DNA of 64,000 nt from a virus, in the IMG/VR virus record IMGVR_UViG_3300032893_000001, positions 1 to 64,000 of that record, one strand, 5' to 3'. Shown one piece after another: positions 18,769 to 27,206 of this stretch. The position numbers and the translations under genes are program-made. The notes under the pieces are model-generated. The model had not been told where the DNA came from. It ran no database searches and worked only from the letters and a program-made list of their open reading frames with translations. Within the stretch, counting starts at the first letter, position 1, and the number at the start of each line of letters is the position of its first letter.

Positions 18769-19515
18769 ATGGGCTCTTCGAGCAAGGGAAGGCAACGAAC
18801 CGACGACGACCTGCTGACCAAAAAAGAGGCAGCCGAGCACCTCGGGGTTTCGAACGCGATCATTCGCCGCCTGGTCTCTCAAGGCGTTCTCGAGGTCGTA
18901 CAGGTTCGTGGCAAGCAGTACTTCTACCTCTCCGACGTGAACGCAGCCGCGCACGTTCTCTCGCGTGGGATCAACGTCGTCACCGCCAACCAAAATGCGC
19001 TGCGAGCTCTGGCGGGGATCAGCCGGCTCGAGCGACGTCTCAACGACATCGCCTTCGTTTTCGGAACGCGGTACGACACTCCGCCGTTGAACGAAGATCG
19101 TGTTCTGAAGACGTGGGAGAAAGTACACGAGTCCTTGCACCTTCGCTTCGACGCCTTGACCGCCTCCGAAGTGATGGAGTGGGCGCGCTTCTTCTACGAG
19201 ATCGACACCGGATTCCTTTTCCTGGCGAGCCACGTCCTCGAGACGGATGAGCCCTGGGAGCCGTTTGTGCAGCTCGCGAATCTCATTCGAAGGAACGCGC
19301 CCGAGTACCCGCTGCCCGAAGTGCGTGTCGCCTACAACTACTTCGCGGCTGCTGCTCGCTTCATGGAGAACTGCGCCTACCTGCACTGCCGACAAGCCAA
19401 GGGGCCGCGAAAAGCAGACCGGATTTTTCCGACCGTCGATGGCGACCTCGTCAGCTCCTTGCTCAGCCTGATTCACCTTGCCGACAGCAAGGACCCGAAG
19501 TCCGCCGTGCACTAG
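18769..19515 (+). CDS. Helix-turn-helix (excisionase/MerR-like) DNA-binding protein
   Basis: LLTKKEAAEHLGVSNAIIRRLVSQGVL...YFYLSDV N-terminal HTH; AAGGA RBS. Confidence 0.75.
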   Translation: MGSSSKGRQRTDDDLLTKKEAAEHLGVSNAIIRRLVSQGVLEVVQVRGKQYFYLSDVNAAAHVLSRGINVVTANQNALRALAGISRLERRLNDIAFVFGTRYDTPPLNEDRVLKTWEKVHESLHLRFDALTASEVMEWARFFYEIDTGFLFLASHVLETDEPWEPFVQLANLIRRNAPEYPLPEVRVAYNYFAAAARFMENCAYLHCRQAKGPRKADRIFPTVDGDLVSSLLSLIHLADSKDPKSAVH

Positions 19516-21308
19516 CCCTGATTCACCGGGCCAGAGTAGACCGACATCATCGGCCCGCGGTTCTGATCTTCACGCAGCGGCGCGATGATGTCGGGACGCG
19601 GGAACTTGATGCACGAGGCGAGGAAGCAGTAGAGCAGGGAGTGGAAAGAGTCGTCCGGCCTGTCGGGGCCGTGGTCGTACTGGATCATTCGGAGCGTCTC
19701 GTTGTACTCCGAGTGGATGTTGCACATGTCCTGCGCGAACGGCTGCTTGAACTCCTCCCAGCGAGGAAACTCGAAGACGTTGCTGCGCTTGATCGCGTTG
19801 AAGATGTCGCTCATCACCTCGGTACGAAAGACCTTGTAGCGGCGCAACTTCGCGTCGAACTCGACCTTGCGCTTGGCACGCGCCATGTACTGAAACTTCG
19901 CAAGACGGTTCGGACCAAACTTGCGGGTGAGGTGGTCGTTGCGGTCGAAGCCGCCACCGTAGTCGGCGCCGATGATGAGCACACGGAAGTCGTTCAAGAT
20001 CTCATCGAGCGTACGAAGCTGGAGCTGCGGATCGAGCTCGACGCCCGTGAAACGATGCATGTAGATGACGCGGAACTTCATGTTTACGTACGTGCCGAGT
20101 GTCAGCACGGTGTACGTGTTCTCGCCCGTACCCCAATCGAGACCGGCGAAGACTGGATTGTCGACGGCCTTCTCCTTGTACTTCTCGAGAGTGTCCGGAT
20201 GCATCGTGATGTCCGACCGGCAGCACGCCTGCACCTGCGCCATCGTGAGCGGTCGCATGCCTGAGTCGTACGAGAGCCCGAGAACCTCGTTGTAGAACTT
20301 GTCACGAGGATAGCGCTCGTAGTCGAGAAGAATCTCTTCCCACGGCTTCCACGGAACCATGAGCTGCGGAATGCGGTAGCTCTCGAACGGCGCGTTCTCG
20401 ACCTGCCCCGCCCAGACCGCATCTGGATGCTGCGCGTAGATCTGGCCTCCGCACTTCTCGCAGATGAGGCTCGTCCTGCCGATGTTTCGTTCACCGAGGA
20501 TGTTCCAGTAGCGACCACCTTCTCCTCCGTGATGATCGCACGGAACCATCCACTCGCCCTGTGTCGACTGCTGCGCGCGGTAGTACTCGATGTTGTTGTC
20601 GAGACTCTTCGGAGTACCGGCGTAGACGAACTGCCGCCATCGCTTGGGTGCGTGACCCGTGCACTGCTCGATGACAGGAACGTTGTCCGAGAGAATGTCC
20701 TGGAACTCGTCGAGCAGTAGCATCCATGCAGGGATACCGCGGGTGCGGTCTGCGTTGAGGAAGGCGTTGCGCAACGTGATCTTCGACCAGTTGCTGAACT
20801 GCTTCTCGAAGACGTTCTGCGAGAGTGCACGGTTAGTGAAGCCACGCAGAATGTCGCTGGTCTCGATCGGCTCCTTCAGACGATCTGTCGAGAACGTCTT
20901 GGTCTGCGTCGACGTCGGGGAGACGTAGAGGACCTTGAAAGAGGGGACCAGGCAGCAGTACGCGATCGCGCGGTTGCCAAGAAGAGTGGACTTCTCGACC
21001 TGACGGCCCGTGCAGAGAAGGATGCGTCGCGACGACGTGTCGTACGGCATTCGAAGATGACGCCGGCCTTCGAAGGAGAAGTTCTTGAAGCCGGGAAGAC
21101 CATCCTCCCGAGGCATGCGAAAGGCCGCCTCGGTGAACTGGGAAATCGTGACGGACAGACGTCGATCGACAGGCCCCTTCTTCTCGAGTCCATCGAAGAT
21201 GTTTTCGACGACTACAGGCTCCGCAAAGAAGGCAGCCTCCTCGGCGCTGTCATCGAGCGGGTCCTCGTCGACGCTCGGCTCCGACTGCTCTACAGTCTCA
21301 TCAACCAA
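19512..21308 (-). CDS. terL: Terminase large subunit (gpA-like)
   Basis: Walker A-like TGRQVEKS, Walker B LLLDEFQD, motif III GTP, RNase H-type GLDWG and DDSFH; TTG start with GGAGG RBS. Confidence 0.9.
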   Translation of the reverse strand: MVDETVEQSEPSVDEDPLDDSAEEAAFFAEPVVVENIFDGLEKKGPVDRRLSVTISQFTEAAFRMPREDGLPGFKNFSFEGRRHLRMPYDTSSRRILLCTGRQVEKSTLLGNRAIAYCCLVPSFKVLYVSPTSTQTKTFSTDRLKEPIETSDILRGFTNRALSQNVFEKQFSNWSKITLRNAFLNADRTRGIPAWMLLLDEFQDILSDNVPVIEQCTGHAPKRWRQFVYAGTPKSLDNNIEYYRAQQSTQGEWMVPCDHHGGEGGRYWNILGERNIGRTSLICEKCGGQIYAQHPDAVWAGQVENAPFESYRIPQLMVPWKPWEEILLDYERYPRDKFYNEVLGLSYDSGMRPLTMAQVQACCRSDITMHPDTLEKYKEKAVDNPVFAGLDWGTGENTYTVLTLGTYVNMKFRVIYMHRFTGVELDPQLQLRTLDEILNDFRVLIIGADYGGGFDRNDHLTRKFGPNRLAKFQYMARAKRKVEFDAKLRRYKVFRTEVMSDIFNAIKRSNVFEFPRWEEFKQPFAQDMCNIHSEYNETLRMIQYDHGPDRPDDSFHSLLYCFLASCIKFPRPDIIAPLREDQNRGPMMSVYSGPVNQG

Positions 21309-21598
21309 TGTTTCCTCCGCAGAAGACTGACGACCCGTACACGCTCTTGCAGAACGTGCTCGGCTCCTTGGGAAGAGCCGGAGGGGGATTTCGTCAGGAT
21401 GTTCTTGTCGACACCGAAGATCAAGAACTTCGGGTCACGGTAGGGTTGACGGATTCCATTCCGAAGCCCGCCCGAGACGCTCTTCGCACCTACCTGCGCG
21501 AGTACGCGAAGGAGTCTGGGTGGTGCGTCAAAAACATCAGTCTGAAGCGCGCCTACGTTCGCTTCAGGTTGCGCAAGGCATCCGACAAGGATTCGTGA
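21308..21598 (+). CDS. Hypothetical protein (96 aa)
   Basis: Fills the gap between terL and 21553-21981 on the opposite strand; protein-like composition. Confidence 0.45.
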   Translation: MFPPQKTDDPYTLLQNVLGSLGRAGGGFRQDVLVDTEDQELRVTVGLTDSIPKPARDALRTYLREYAKESGWCVKNISLKRAYVRFRLRKASDKDS

Positions 21599-21981
21599 AG
21601 CTTCTCGTAGAACTTCTCGACGAAGCCTTCCGGGTTGAGCGTGTTCCCTGCGAAGCCGTAGGCACGCATCCACCAAGAGTCGATGCCGAGCTCCTTGATG
21701 TGAGCTGCCTTCAGCCGCGGGTAGCTGACCTTGAAGTAGTTGCGCGCGACTTCGTCCAGGCACTCCGGGAAGGACCCCTCCCAATAGCCGACGTAGTCCG
21801 CGACGCCGCTCTTCGGAAGAAAGAAGTGGAACACGAAGTCGTCGTCGATGATTGCAACCTCGGCGACGAAGCTCGAGTACTTCTCGATACGCACGAAGTT
21901 CGGAGGCGCGATGCCGAGCTGCGGTTCTTTCGAGATGACGTCCGGGACGTCATTTCCCTGCACTTCGTAGGATTCATTCAT
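21553..21981 (-). CDS. Hypothetical protein
   Basis: 142 aa, genome-typical codon use, overlaps the upstream stop. Confidence 0.65.
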   Translation of the reverse strand: MNESYEVQGNDVPDVISKEPQLGIAPPNFVRIEKYSSFVAEVAIIDDDFVFHFFLPKSGVADYVGYWEGSFPECLDEVARNYFKVSYPRLKAAHIKELGIDSWWMRAYGFAGNTLNPEGFVEKFYEKLHESLSDALRNLKRT

Positions 21982-22912
21982 GGGGATCTTTCTCCGTCAC
22001 GACAGACGCAAGATCCACCGTATGCTCTCCGTTGCTGACTGCCAAGACGTACGGCATCTTCTGCGTGTCGGTGCGAAGAGTGATCGCCTCGAGCTGCGCT
22101 CGCAGGCTGTCCTCCGGACGCTCTTTCTGCTCGTTGAGCTCACCGAGCATCTTGATGCTGTGCGTCCAGTTGAGCGCGCGACGGTCCGCATCCGGAACGC
22201 GCGAGATGGATTCCTCGTAGACACGGAGAATCATCATCGCGCGCGAGTACGACATCGCGGTGCTGATGTCGATATTGGCAGGCATCATGCCCAAGGAGAT
22301 CTGCCCAAGCAACGCAGAGAAGTGCGAGCGCGGCGTGTTGGCAGCAATCCAACGCGGGTCGCTGTAAAGACTCGAGCTCAACGCCTTGCCCTGCAACTCG
22401 ATCTCTTTGTTGCTGCTCTCCTTGGCGCGCAGGTAGCGAAGCTTGATGATGCCGCGGAGCTCCGTCGTGTCGACGAGCCGCACGTCCCAGTAGAACCAGC
22501 GGTACCGCTCGACCGCCGCGGGCGTCGCGTCGGGAACGTAGTAGTAGCGTCGAAGCTGATCTGCGATGGCGTTCGCAGGCGCTTCGAAGATGAGCGCTAC
22601 CTCGATGAACTCCTTGGCGCGCGCGTTATCGAGGATGGAGTACATCGGGGCCATCTCTCGAGGATCTCCTTGGAAGAGCTCGAGGACGCCTGCATCTCGT
22701 ACCAAGTTGAACGAGTCGCAGTGCCGCCTGCTCCTCGGGTTGAACCCGTCCGGCAGTGCATTGAACTGCTGACGGAGGCCATTCAGGTACGCGTCGCCGA
22801 GGCAGTCGAGCCCTTGAGCTTCGAGGATTCCGCGGATCTCGGCGTTGTCTCGTTCGGGGTTGTCGAGGAGCAGGTAGCGGATGTACCGCTCGCAAGGGCT
22901 GTGTCGGATCAT
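21974..22912 (-). CDS. Hypothetical protein, possible terminase small subunit
   Basis: 312-aa helical protein two genes upstream of terL; function is positional inference. Confidence 0.5.
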   Translation of the reverse strand: MIRHSPCERYIRYLLLDNPERDNAEIRGILEAQGLDCLGDAYLNGLRQQFNALPDGFNPRSRRHCDSFNLVRDAGVLELFQGDPREMAPMYSILDNARAKEFIEVALIFEAPANAIADQLRRYYYVPDATPAAVERYRWFYWDVRLVDTTELRGIIKLRYLRAKESSNKEIELQGKALSSSLYSDPRWIAANTPRSHFSALLGQISLGMMPANIDISTAMSYSRAMMILRVYEESISRVPDADRRALNWTHSIKMLGELNEQKERPEDSLRAQLEAITLRTDTQKMPYVLAVSNGEHTVDLASVVTEKDPHE

Positions 22913-25155
22913 TACTCTTTGTTGAAGGCCACGACGTTGAGGCCCTCGATGGTGTTCTCGAGACCGCGGATCGCGCGCTCGAGAGCGTTCGCGGGCAACT
23001 CACGCATGCCCAAACGCGCCGCGATCAAGAGCTCGCAGAGCTTGTTCTGCGTCTCGTCGAGCTGCGGCAGATAGGTGACGAAGGTCATCATGTTCTCTGG
23101 GTTGATGAACCCGAGGCTGAGAACGTTGTCGACGGCTGCCGGGTCCGGAATGCTCGCGGCTTCCTTCACCAGGTTCTGGCGAAGATTCGGCAGCTTCTGA
23201 AGAACGTCGTGCGCCTTCTTCAACATCGCGGCCTTCACTTCCTCCGCCGGTTCGAGGACGCGGCTCACGCTGACCTCGATCGGCTCTTGGAATTGAATCG
23301 CCTCACCGACCTTCTGAATGGCGTACTGCGGGTCGACGCCGAGGCCGCTCAGCACGAACATGACTTGATCGATGTCGATGAAGCTGCGTTCGTCCGAAGC
23401 GATCTTCTCGACGGGCGCGCCCGAGATGTCGAAGACGTTGCTGCCGCCCGCGCGCACCCACACACTGCCCACTGCGGACGCGTGCGCTTCTTTGCTGAAC
23501 TGCTCGGGATGCTCAGCCAAGGACACCGCCTCGGTCTGCTCGAGAGGAAGCCAGCGGAAGCTGTCCGGAACGACGACGTGATCTTCGTCGGCCATCGTGA
23601 TGCGCTGCACTCCAGGCTGGACGACGATCGCCACCTGGCGACCATCCATCGTCTCGGCCATGAGCTCCGCGCCTTCTTCAGGCGAGGTGACGCTCGTGGT
23701 GATCGTGAGAGGCACCGTCGCCTGCGCCGCACCATTCGGCAAGACCTGGTAGAACACGCCGTGCCCACGAGGACGGCCTTCCATCAGGCTGGCACCGTCG
23801 GCGACGCGGATACCTGCGATCTCCCCCTGCACGACCGAGTGCGAGCCGTTGGTGAAGAGGGTCATCGGCAGAGGCATGCCGTCGAGATCGAGCAGGTTCG
23901 GGAAGCAGAAGCCCACGAGCTGCTTGCCGTCGTCGGTCTGCACCCGGTAGATGCCGTAGTCCTTGACGAGCTCCGGGCGATCGGCCTCCGGCGCGTCAGA
24001 ACCGATGGCAGCCTCGTCCGCCATGGTGATCGAGCCGTGCTTGTCGATGAGCATGGCACCGTCGAGACCAACGAGCTCGACGACTTGTCCGCGATCGAGT
24101 GCGCGCTCCGTGGGCTGCCACATCTTGTGACTCGCCGTCTTGATGGTGTACCCACCGCCGCTCGCTCTGGAGATCTGCACCGCTGAGGGATGGATGGCTG
24201 CCGCCAGCTTCTCCCCACGCGCCTTCAGATCTTGCGGCACGTACCCGGCGAGAACGGAGATCGCGGCTTGCGTTGCAGTCTTGTTCAGCGCGAACGCAGC
24301 TTTGGTACGCGGCTCGGTGACCTCCGAGAGGAACCGGTTGAAATCCTGCTCGTTGATGGTGGGCAGGATGGTCGCAAGAATCGAAGCCGCTTTCGGCATC
24401 ACCGACGTCGCGCGCTGGGCAGCGATGTTGGCTCCCGTCAGGTACTTCTGTCCCTTCGCAGCCGCGGCTCCGCCTTCCTGAACGAGCTGAGCGCCGCGCC
24501 CCATCATCGACTTCGAGGCACGAGCGAGCGCCTGCGGGGCTTTCTGCTGCTTCAGGTACGAACCGATGGTACTCGGGTTGAGCGCCGTCTTCTCCGCCGC
24601 GGTCTTCATGCCGCCGCACTTCTCCTTGGCAGCTCCCTCTTTGCCCATGCCGGCGGTCATCACCGCGCCGCCGCCACCGAAGCCGTAGTTCTGACGGTAC
24701 GGCGGGTAGAGCTGGGAGATCATCGACTGGTCGCCCGGCGTGCGGCTCGTCACGTCGAAGAGCTGCGGGCGGAAGAGCGACTGGCGAAGACGACGCTCGG
24801 TGAGCGGCAGCATCTTCGACTGCTCGGTGATGAGAACGTCGAAGGGCTGGAGCTTGCCCTCCTTGATGATGATCGGAATGCGAACGTTGCGAACGCCCGC
24901 CGCCTGCATCATCGGAGATCCCTGCTCGCCTTGGATCTCGGTCTTGTTGCTCACTTCGATGTGACCGAAGCCGAAGCGCTGCTCTGCGTCGACGCGGTCC
25001 ATGACGACGTCCGGCATGAAATCCGCGACGTACGGTACCTGCTTGTAGAGCTCCTGAAGAATCTCCGTCGGCCACTCCGCGGGGTCTTCGGGAAGCATTA
25101 CCTCCGCGGTGGCGGTCTTCTGGAAATCGATTCGAGAGTCGAGAAACAGCTCCAT
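22912..25155 (-). CDS. Large head-associated protein with K-x-A motifs
   Basis: Start reassigned to ATG 25155 (GGAGAG RBS); QKTA, MKTA, EKTA, NKTA, IKTA, EKLA, SKEA, EKIA, VKEA. Confidence 0.7.
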   Translation of the reverse strand: MELFLDSRIDFQKTATAEVMLPEDPAEWPTEILQELYKQVPYVADFMPDVVMDRVDAEQRFGFGHIEVSNKTEIQGEQGSPMMQAAGVRNVRIPIIIKEGKLQPFDVLITEQSKMLPLTERRLRQSLFRPQLFDVTSRTPGDQSMISQLYPPYRQNYGFGGGGAVMTAGMGKEGAAKEKCGGMKTAAEKTALNPSTIGSYLKQQKAPQALARASKSMMGRGAQLVQEGGAAAAKGQKYLTGANIAAQRATSVMPKAASILATILPTINEQDFNRFLSEVTEPRTKAAFALNKTATQAAISVLAGYVPQDLKARGEKLAAAIHPSAVQISRASGGGYTIKTASHKMWQPTERALDRGQVVELVGLDGAMLIDKHGSITMADEAAIGSDAPEADRPELVKDYGIYRVQTDDGKQLVGFCFPNLLDLDGMPLPMTLFTNGSHSVVQGEIAGIRVADGASLMEGRPRGHGVFYQVLPNGAAQATVPLTITTSVTSPEEGAELMAETMDGRQVAIVVQPGVQRITMADEDHVVVPDSFRWLPLEQTEAVSLAEHPEQFSKEAHASAVGSVWVRAGGSNVFDISGAPVEKIASDERSFIDIDQVMFVLSGLGVDPQYAIQKVGEAIQFQEPIEVSVSRVLEPAEEVKAAMLKKAHDVLQKLPNLRQNLVKEAASIPDPAAVDNVLSLGFINPENMMTFVTYLPQLDETQNKLCELLIAARLGMRELPANALERAIRGLENTIEGLNVVAFNKE

Positions 25156-25166
25156 GAGGCTCTCCG

Positions 25167-25781
25167 TCAAACGGTGACGAACAGAAACTGCATGCCCGTG
25201 AAGGCGCCAGGGTCCTTGGTCAAAAGCATAACACCCGAGACCGTATCGAAGGGAAGGAAGCCGTCGGCGCCGAAGTTGTAACTCGCGAGCTCGCCCTGCA
25301 ACGTAGCCAACGAGATGCCGCTCCAGCCGTACCCGACGACAGGCCCCGCTCCAATAGCAGCGTTGAGCTGCGCGAGGAAGTTCACTCCCGCCAAACGAAC
25401 GCCAAGCGTCAAGTCGATGAGTGCATTGATGCCACCGATCTTCACGGACAGCGCAGCAGCGAGTCCGAGAGACGCAGAGATCTGAATGCTCAGCGGAGGA
25501 AGTCCAAGAGCAAGAGACGCGGACAGGCTTGCCACGATCGAAAGAGCGCTGGAGATCGTTGCTTTGAGCAACGCGATTGGGTCAGCGAACTGAACGGAGA
25601 AGTTCACCTGCGCCTTGAACTGTCCGACGAAGTCTGCCTTGAGCGCACCGATACCGAACGGGTCGGTGAGCATCAAGTTGAGCTGCGCGAGTAGTGGCGC
25701 GAGGGCTGTCGCTGACGCAGCGGCTCCAACGTTGATGGAGCCTAGGGGGACTGGCCCGACGGTCTTTTGGAAAGCCGACAT
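25167..25781 (-). CDS. Hydrophobic Ala/Leu-rich protein
   Basis: 204 aa with long apolar helices, next to the spike gene. Confidence 0.6.
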   Translation of the reverse strand: MSAFQKTVGPVPLGSINVGAAASATALAPLLAQLNLMLTDPFGIGALKADFVGQFKAQVNFSVQFADPIALLKATISSALSIVASLSASLALGLPPLSIQISASLGLAAALSVKIGGINALIDLTLGVRLAGVNFLAQLNAAIGAGPVVGYGWSGISLATLQGELASYNFGADGFLPFDTVSGVMLLTKDPGAFTGMQFLFVTV

Positions 25782-25877
25782 TTAGTTTTGCCAGATTACC
25801 ACAGGAGAACGCATCAAGACCTGGACGGCAGCCTGAAGTAGCCGAGGATTGTGCCGAAGGCTCCACCCTGAAAAAAA

Positions 25878-27203
25878 TCAGCCTAGCAAATTCGGGTTCC
25901 CACTGATGATGCTGCCTTGTACTCCCGTCGGGATCGTGATGAAGCCCGCGAGAGGAACACCAGGCTGAATCGGACCGGCCGTGATTTGAAGGATACAAGG
26001 GGCGCCCAGCGGCGGCATGCCAAGTCCGACGCCTCCTTGAATCGCGTCGCCTTGTCGTGCGACAGGCGTCGTGCCCTGTTGCAGACGAACGATGTCCCCC
26101 TTGATCTCCGTCGAGGGGCCGCCGTTGATCGTTGCGCCATCCGTCGCGGTCATGGAGATCGTCTTCGCGCTGAAGTCGAACGAGTCTCCGATGCTGACCT
26201 TCACCTTCTTTCCGAACTCGAAGTACGCGCTGCCCTTCGATCGGAGGAAGACGTTGCCAGCCTTGTCGAAGTAGAAGCGCAGAGAGACCTGCTTGACGAC
26301 GCCGCCGTTGACGACGTCTCCGCTCACGGTCTTGAAGCCCTGCTGCGCGAGCGTGACTTCGTAGACGATGATCGGATCGAACCCAAGGTTGCTCTGCGCA
26401 TCCGCTCCGCTCGAGCCTGCATCTTCGCCCACCGGATTGAAGATCTTGCCCTTCGCGATTCGAAGATCGGCGTACTTGTCGTTGGCGTAGAGACGGTACG
26501 TCTGCATCTCCTGTGCGGGCGGATTCTGCACTGAAGGACCTTCTTGAATCCCCCACGAGACAGAACCGCCGACGTTCTGGTGTTCGTAGGCACCAGAGAG
26601 ATCGAGAATCTTGTTGCCGATCGGAATGTAGATGCGCTTCGCAATTTCCGTCGCGCCGATCTCGATCACGCCGCCTCGATGCAACGTGATGAAGTTGCCA
26701 TCGCGCGTTCGCAGAAAGATGTCGCCGGGCTTCGCAGGCGGTCGACCTGCGTCGAAGCGTGCGTCGACGTTCGGATAGGGAACCGTCCCACCGCGCGACC
26801 GCGTACCCGCAGGAGCGTCTTGATCGTCGACGTTGTCTGGGTTCGCCGTTTGGCTTCCCTGCTGCGTCGTCACGATGGACTGATTCGGGTCGTTCATCTT
26901 CGCGGTCGCGTTGGCCGTCTCCATCGGCGCGACGAACGACTGAACGTAGGGGGGAGAGCTGTCACTCGGCAGGCAAAGCATGACCACGGCACCGACTTCA
27001 GGCATGACGTAGATGCCCTCGCCGTTGTTGTAATGGAGGTACGCCGCCGCAACCTGCACGTCCAAGTAGTACTTGCGGTCGAACTGCGTGATGACGTCGA
27101 CCGTCCAGTTCACCATGTTCACGTTCAGAACACGACCATGCACGATCTCCGCGGGGTCGTTCCCCGCGCGGTGGTGCAGCGTAGTTCGAAACCGTTTCGC
27201 CAT
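25878..27203 (-). CDS. Baseplate hub/spike protein (gpV/gp5-like) with PAAR-like C-terminus
   Basis: OB-fold-like GRVLNVN...VDV...MPEVGAVV; beta-repeat region; VARQGD...GSIISG tip-like ending. Confidence 0.7.
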   Translation of the reverse strand: MAKRFRTTLHHRAGNDPAEIVHGRVLNVNMVNWTVDVITQFDRKYYLDVQVAAAYLHYNNGEGIYVMPEVGAVVMLCLPSDSSPPYVQSFVAPMETANATAKMNDPNQSIVTTQQGSQTANPDNVDDQDAPAGTRSRGGTVPYPNVDARFDAGRPPAKPGDIFLRTRDGNFITLHRGGVIEIGATEIAKRIYIPIGNKILDLSGAYEHQNVGGSVSWGIQEGPSVQNPPAQEMQTYRLYANDKYADLRIAKGKIFNPVGEDAGSSGADAQSNLGFDPIIVYEVTLAQQGFKTVSGDVVNGGVVKQVSLRFYFDKAGNVFLRSKGSAYFEFGKKVKVSIGDSFDFSAKTISMTATDGATINGGPSTEIKGDIVRLQQGTTPVARQGDAIQGGVGLGMPPLGAPCILQITAGPIQPGVPLAGFITIPTGVQGSIISGNPNLLG

Positions 27204-27206
27204 GAG

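Noticed and set aside
21290-21784. 164-aa minus-strand ORF bridging 21553-21981 and terL
   Set aside because: Out-of-frame overlap with a better ORF, shadow-like composition, and terL has its own GGAGG RBS.
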